In this document: in pieces, positions 59,718-64,000 of the stretch
Layout of the letters: every line of letters begins with the position of its first letter
How positions within the stretch are numbered: the stretch's first letter is position 1
From: Chlorokybus atmophyticus
Lineage: Eukaryota > Plantae > Mesostigma and Chlorokybus algae
NCBI GenBank assembly: GCA_009103225.1
Contig: RHPI01001616.1
Coordinates: forward strand, 251,552-315,551
Length of the DNA stretch: 64,000 nucleotides
Direction: 5' to 3'
Notes under the pieces: model-generated
Database searches by the model: none
What the model saw: the letters and a program-made list of their open reading frames with translations, nothing else
What the model was told of the DNA's origin: nothing
Translations under genes and position numbers: made by a program

Positions 59718-60990
59718 NCCTGCCAGAGTGGCCAGGCACGACAACAACAACAACAATGCCACCACCAACAACAACGCTCACACCTTAGCAGTGGCCACAA
59801 CAACGGCTCAGCGCGTATCACACCTATCGTTGCAGAGCCCGAGGGGCCTCATGCCTTCATTGACATACGCAGCCGGGTGGTCCACCACAAACATGATGAG
59901 TGAGGTTGTAAAGCACAACAACAACAACAACAACAACATGATGGGTGTCAAGCACACGCACACGCACACGCAGCTGGTTTTTGTCACAGACACCGGCAGC
60001 ACGCGCGGTAGCGACACCAAAAGGGGAGAAGAAGGAGGAGCCAGCAGAGCAGGGGGAAGTAAGCAGCCAAAGTGAAGCTAGAAGTAGCGGACATGGATGG
60101 AGGAGGAAGCTCACATGCATCTGGCTCTGGCTCTGGCTCTAGATCTGGCTCTGGATTTGGATCCGGGTCGGACAACAGCCGGAATTGCTCTGGCGCAGGC
60201 GAGAACAACGTGCAGATTGATGACCACAACCACAACTTGTGGTTGCACCACAACAACCATTATCATGATGGCTTCATGGACAGCAGCGAGCAGCCCATAC
60301 ACGTGGGATAGCGTGGACACGAAGTGGCCGGAGCAGTGCGCCGCCATGTTGGTAGAGAGACAAGGTGGTGCACGTGGAGGTGGAGGTGGGAGTGGGATAC
60401 TGTTGGAGAGCTGCAACAAGCGCACCTCCGCCGAGTACGCCCGCGGCCACCACCACCGCAACAGCAACATCGGCTACTCCGAGGAAGACACTGACGGGGA
60501 CGCCCACCACACGAAGCGCTAGTGCACCGACACCAACAACCGCAACCACAACGTAGCAGTCTGTTGTGGTCATGGCAACCACATGTGCACTCGCCGCCAC
60601 ACTCCGCGCGCATCATCAACGCGCGTCATCACAGACATACACATACACAACAACACTGCCGCCGACATATATACAACAATGCCAACGCAAGCGACAACGG
60701 CTTGGGAACCATGCATCAGATGCTGTCGAACGCGCAGTTGCGCAACCCTTCGCCAAGAGAAGGACGGTTATGATGATATGTGTTGGTTTTGGTGTTGAGT
60801 GGGTGTGGGTGTGGATGTTGTGCTTAGGTTGTGCTTAGGTTGTGCCTAGCTTTGGTCCACTGAGTGTGTGCGAGTCGGAATGGATAGTATTGTGTAGGGA
60901 GTTTCTTAGGGCTTGTTTGTACACAGACCGAGGAGATCAGAACTCGCTACGTATACAACTACGTGTGGGGTGACTCTCAAAGAGGGGGAG
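59260..60990 (+). pseudogene. Decayed paralog of the last intron, last exon and 3' flank of the host gene
   Basis: Reverse-complement homology to 20430-22200 (ctgtacag|gtacat donor; [16 protein letters not shown]; [16 protein letters not shown]; [17 protein letters not shown]). Stops near 60074 and 60520. Confidence 0.9.
59633..59717. repeat. (CA)n microsatellite expanded inside the pseudogene exon
   Basis: Direct reading. The intact gene has no such tract at this position. Confidence 0.95.
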
Positions 60991-61149
60991 GATAGTTAGG
61001 GATGATGATGCAAGTTTTTGTGGCGTAGATGCTTGCTACGGTGATTCAATTTGATCGTCTTGTGTGCAACATTAAGCCAAACAAGCCGAAGCACAATTGC
61101 GTGACCACGCAATGTGTTACACCACAATAACTTTGCGATGCCCCCCCCC

Positions 61150-61356
61150 NNNNNNNNNNNNNNNNNNNNNNNNNNNNNNNNNNNNNNNNNNNNNNNNNNN
61201 NNNNNNNNNNNNNNNNNNNNNNNNNNNNNNNNNNNNNNNNNNNNNNNNNNNNNNNNNNNNNNNNNNNNNNNNNNNNNNNNNNNNNNNNNNNNNNNNNNNN
61301 NNNNNNNNNNNNNNNNNNNNNNNNNNNNNNNNNNNNNNNNNNNNNNNNNNNNNNNN

Positions 61357-61393
<37 letters not shown>
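61150..61393. other. Assembly gap (61150-61356) followed by a (CT)n microsatellite
   Basis: Direct reading. Confidence 1.
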
Positions 61394-61395
<2 letters not shown>

Positions 61396-64000
61396 GTGTG
61401 CTTGTGTGGCAGCATTGCACACACGCTACCATGGCAATTGTGTCAATGCACGCACGTGCACGCAAGCACCATGCCATTGAATTGTTGGGTATATGTGCAC
61501 GCACGCACGCACGCACGCATGTACTCGCTCATTCATGCACTCGGGCGAGTGTGTATGTGAGGGCACACAAACAAAAAGTGTACATACATGTGCGTGTATA
61601 CATGCACATGCGTGTGTGCGCGCAAAACAAACACGCACACATGCATGTGCTGCACTTGTGTGTACCTGCTCGTGCGTGCGTGTGTGTGCTTGTGCATTCG
61701 CGCACGCACATGCACACACATGATTGTCATCACTCCACCCCTTAACCCCACCACTTGCTTCATAGTATCTTCCCCCACTTGAATGGCTGTTATGCACCAC
61801 TCAGACAGTCACTGACTCATACATACATACAACCGCTCACTCTGTCCGCGTGCGTGTTTCTGTGCGTCCAATATGTGACAACGCGACTGTCTACGTGTGC
61901 ATGCACGCGCATGCATGTACGCACAGACACGCGTCCGCACACGTATACGCGTGCGTGCGTTACAATCGTGTACACAACACAGGTAACAATCGTCCGTGAG
62001 TTAAGCTGGCCAGGTCAGGAGAGTGCTCTCTTGCAACCCGTGCCGCGTGGTATGCACCGTATGCACTTCATCCACACCCGGTGTACCCACGTCTCCTCTT
62101 TTCGCACAATACTCACACCGTCCGACGATGGGTAGTCAATGGAGGAGAGTCACCTGCACCGCGCGGGCTTCAACGGCTCGGCACTCCGCGATGATCGACA
62201 TCTCTGGGACCACCTTACGGGTATACATTACCACCACCACCACTGCTCTGTTTGCGGGCGACAGTGCACGCGTGACAGCCAGGGTGCAAACGCTAATTGA
62301 GTGTGCAATCAGAGTTGAAGAAGAGGATATAAGGAGCAGGGGTCCCCCCTACCATCTTCCTCACATAGATGGGAGTGCAGGTAGGTGCAGCAACTTTATG
62401 TATGTTGTTATCAACATACTGAACACAATTGAGCTGATGTGTAAGGTGGACACCCGAGAACACCCTTTTGGAAGCCAGCGCTTTGCCGTGATGCGCTTTC
62501 AGCCACATGTGGTTTGCATGTTGGTTGTGTTGTGACTCTCAGTTCCACACTCATTTGGACGACTCATTGTTTTTCATACTGTACTGGTTGATTGTAAGGT
62601 TGGAAAAGGCGAGGTGATGCCACTTACCTGTGACACAGGGTGCATGTTGTTAATCATCGCTGCACACAACACGCCGTACGGTGTGTCAAGTTGTCAACTG
62701 CAGACGCGCCTTGTGTGCAACTGCGCAGCACGTCTCCTACTACCCGCTGTTTGTGTGTTTTCACATGCATAGTATATAGTGTGTGCCTGTGCCACCTGCC
62801 CACTGGTAGAGCCGTAGTGTGGGACAACGGACTCCGCCGTAACAAACTTGGCGAGTACGTGTGACATGTGTGCGCACCCCAAAGCACCAGCGTGGTGTAC
62901 ATACAACGGGACGCGCTCATACCCGTCACACGCTTCGACTATCCAACAGGTTGGTTATGCTGTCTCGTGGGGCAGCAGGTTAGAAAGCTGTGTGCACGAG
63001 ACAACACACTGTATGCTGCCGCGACGCACCGAGATTATACGCACGGATGCATGCAGAGACACGAAACGCATACGGGTTGTGAACGTGTACGTGTGTGCGT
63101 GTGTGTCTGTGCGAGACATGCGGCGGTCAGAGCATGCATGCGCACACACCTGCAAAGACATGCCCGCACCCACAACCACACAAACACGCAGTGACGCGCG
63201 CGCACGCGGGTGCGCACACGTACATGTGTGTATGTCTGTGTACGTGGCTCACAACACCTTTTGTCGTACCCCATTTTGAAGACGACTGCGCTGCTTACAA
63301 AGCTCGACATGCCCTTTTATATTTCTGTCAACTCCGCTCAATATGGCTGACCAGATGCTTGCTGAGCCAACAGTAGCCTCACACGTATACGTGTACGTGT
63401 ACGCACGCAGGGGCATCTGCGCGCACCTGTCATGGTGTGCGCGCAGATGCACGCAAACACACACGTGCCTCCTGATGTAGAAATGTTCATATACGGCACA
63501 CGCACGTGGACTCTCGAATGCACACGATCGTGCCACAGCTTCATGGACGTCAACAACGTACGTACTTATGTGACGCTGTTTGCTGTCACGCGTGCATATA
63601 CTGCTGATGTTCAAGTGATGCACGCATAGCCACGCATGCGTGCACATTAACTGCAGGCGTCTCCCAACACATGTCACTTCCTCACTCGTTACGCAGTACC
63701 TCAGCGATAGCGCGAGAACTTGTGTAGGCTGACCACACACAGCATGCGTTGGTTGTGGACCCGCACAAGCACACTCAACCAAGTAAGAAATTGTGAGAGT
63801 GAGAGTGACAGCGAGTGTGCGTGCGCATGCTCGCCTGCGTGCGTGTCATTGAAAAGTGTGTCCAAGTGCATGCGAGTGCTCCAATACAGATAGGCAGAAG
63901 TAGTGGTATGTTGTACCCATCCTCGTGTTCCATCCGACCTGTAAGAACCCGCAGCAAAGAGGTGGCGGGGGACAACACGCCAACATGAGGGGGTACGGTG

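Noticed and set aside
62023-62535. 170-aa ORF in non-repetitive sequence
   Set aside because: No recognisable motif and no reliable exon structure. It may be an exon of a gene extending outside the window.

Overview
Eukaryotic, repeat-rich genomic DNA with GT-AG introns, CA/GA microsatellites and assembly gaps. The gene content looks like a green alga or other green plant lineage, but the species cannot be determined from this window. (1) One apparently intact 8-exon host gene lies on the minus strand (20650-~26100). Its in-phase spliced product joins a WOX-like homeodomain, a C3Hc3H zinc finger, an AP2/ERF domain and two Agenet/Tudor domains. A decayed partial paralog lies at 50.4 kb and 59.3-61 kb. 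(2) Two decayed, mutually divergent Ty3/Gypsy retrotransposons (28143-40212 +, 50574-59259 -) carry a C5-cytosine DNA methyltransferase domain just upstream of RT. They have 4-bp TSDs and atypical, possibly split, terminal repeats. One has a C-terminal PHD finger, and each has a solo LTR of one other family inserted in its 5' repeat. (3) Two copies of a chromovirus family are present (9102-16523 +, decayed; 40270-46135 -, intact 1252-aa pol), with hairpin-packed LTRs. (4) Two copies of a ~550-bp TRIM share the chromovirus PPT and a near-identical PBS and carry a tRNA-like T-arm. (5) An old head-to-head inverted duplication holds two PNGase A-like pseudogenes. (6) A 2.1-kb non-coding TIR element has palindromic subterminal repeats. 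All domain calls come from motif recognition by eye, not from database searches.
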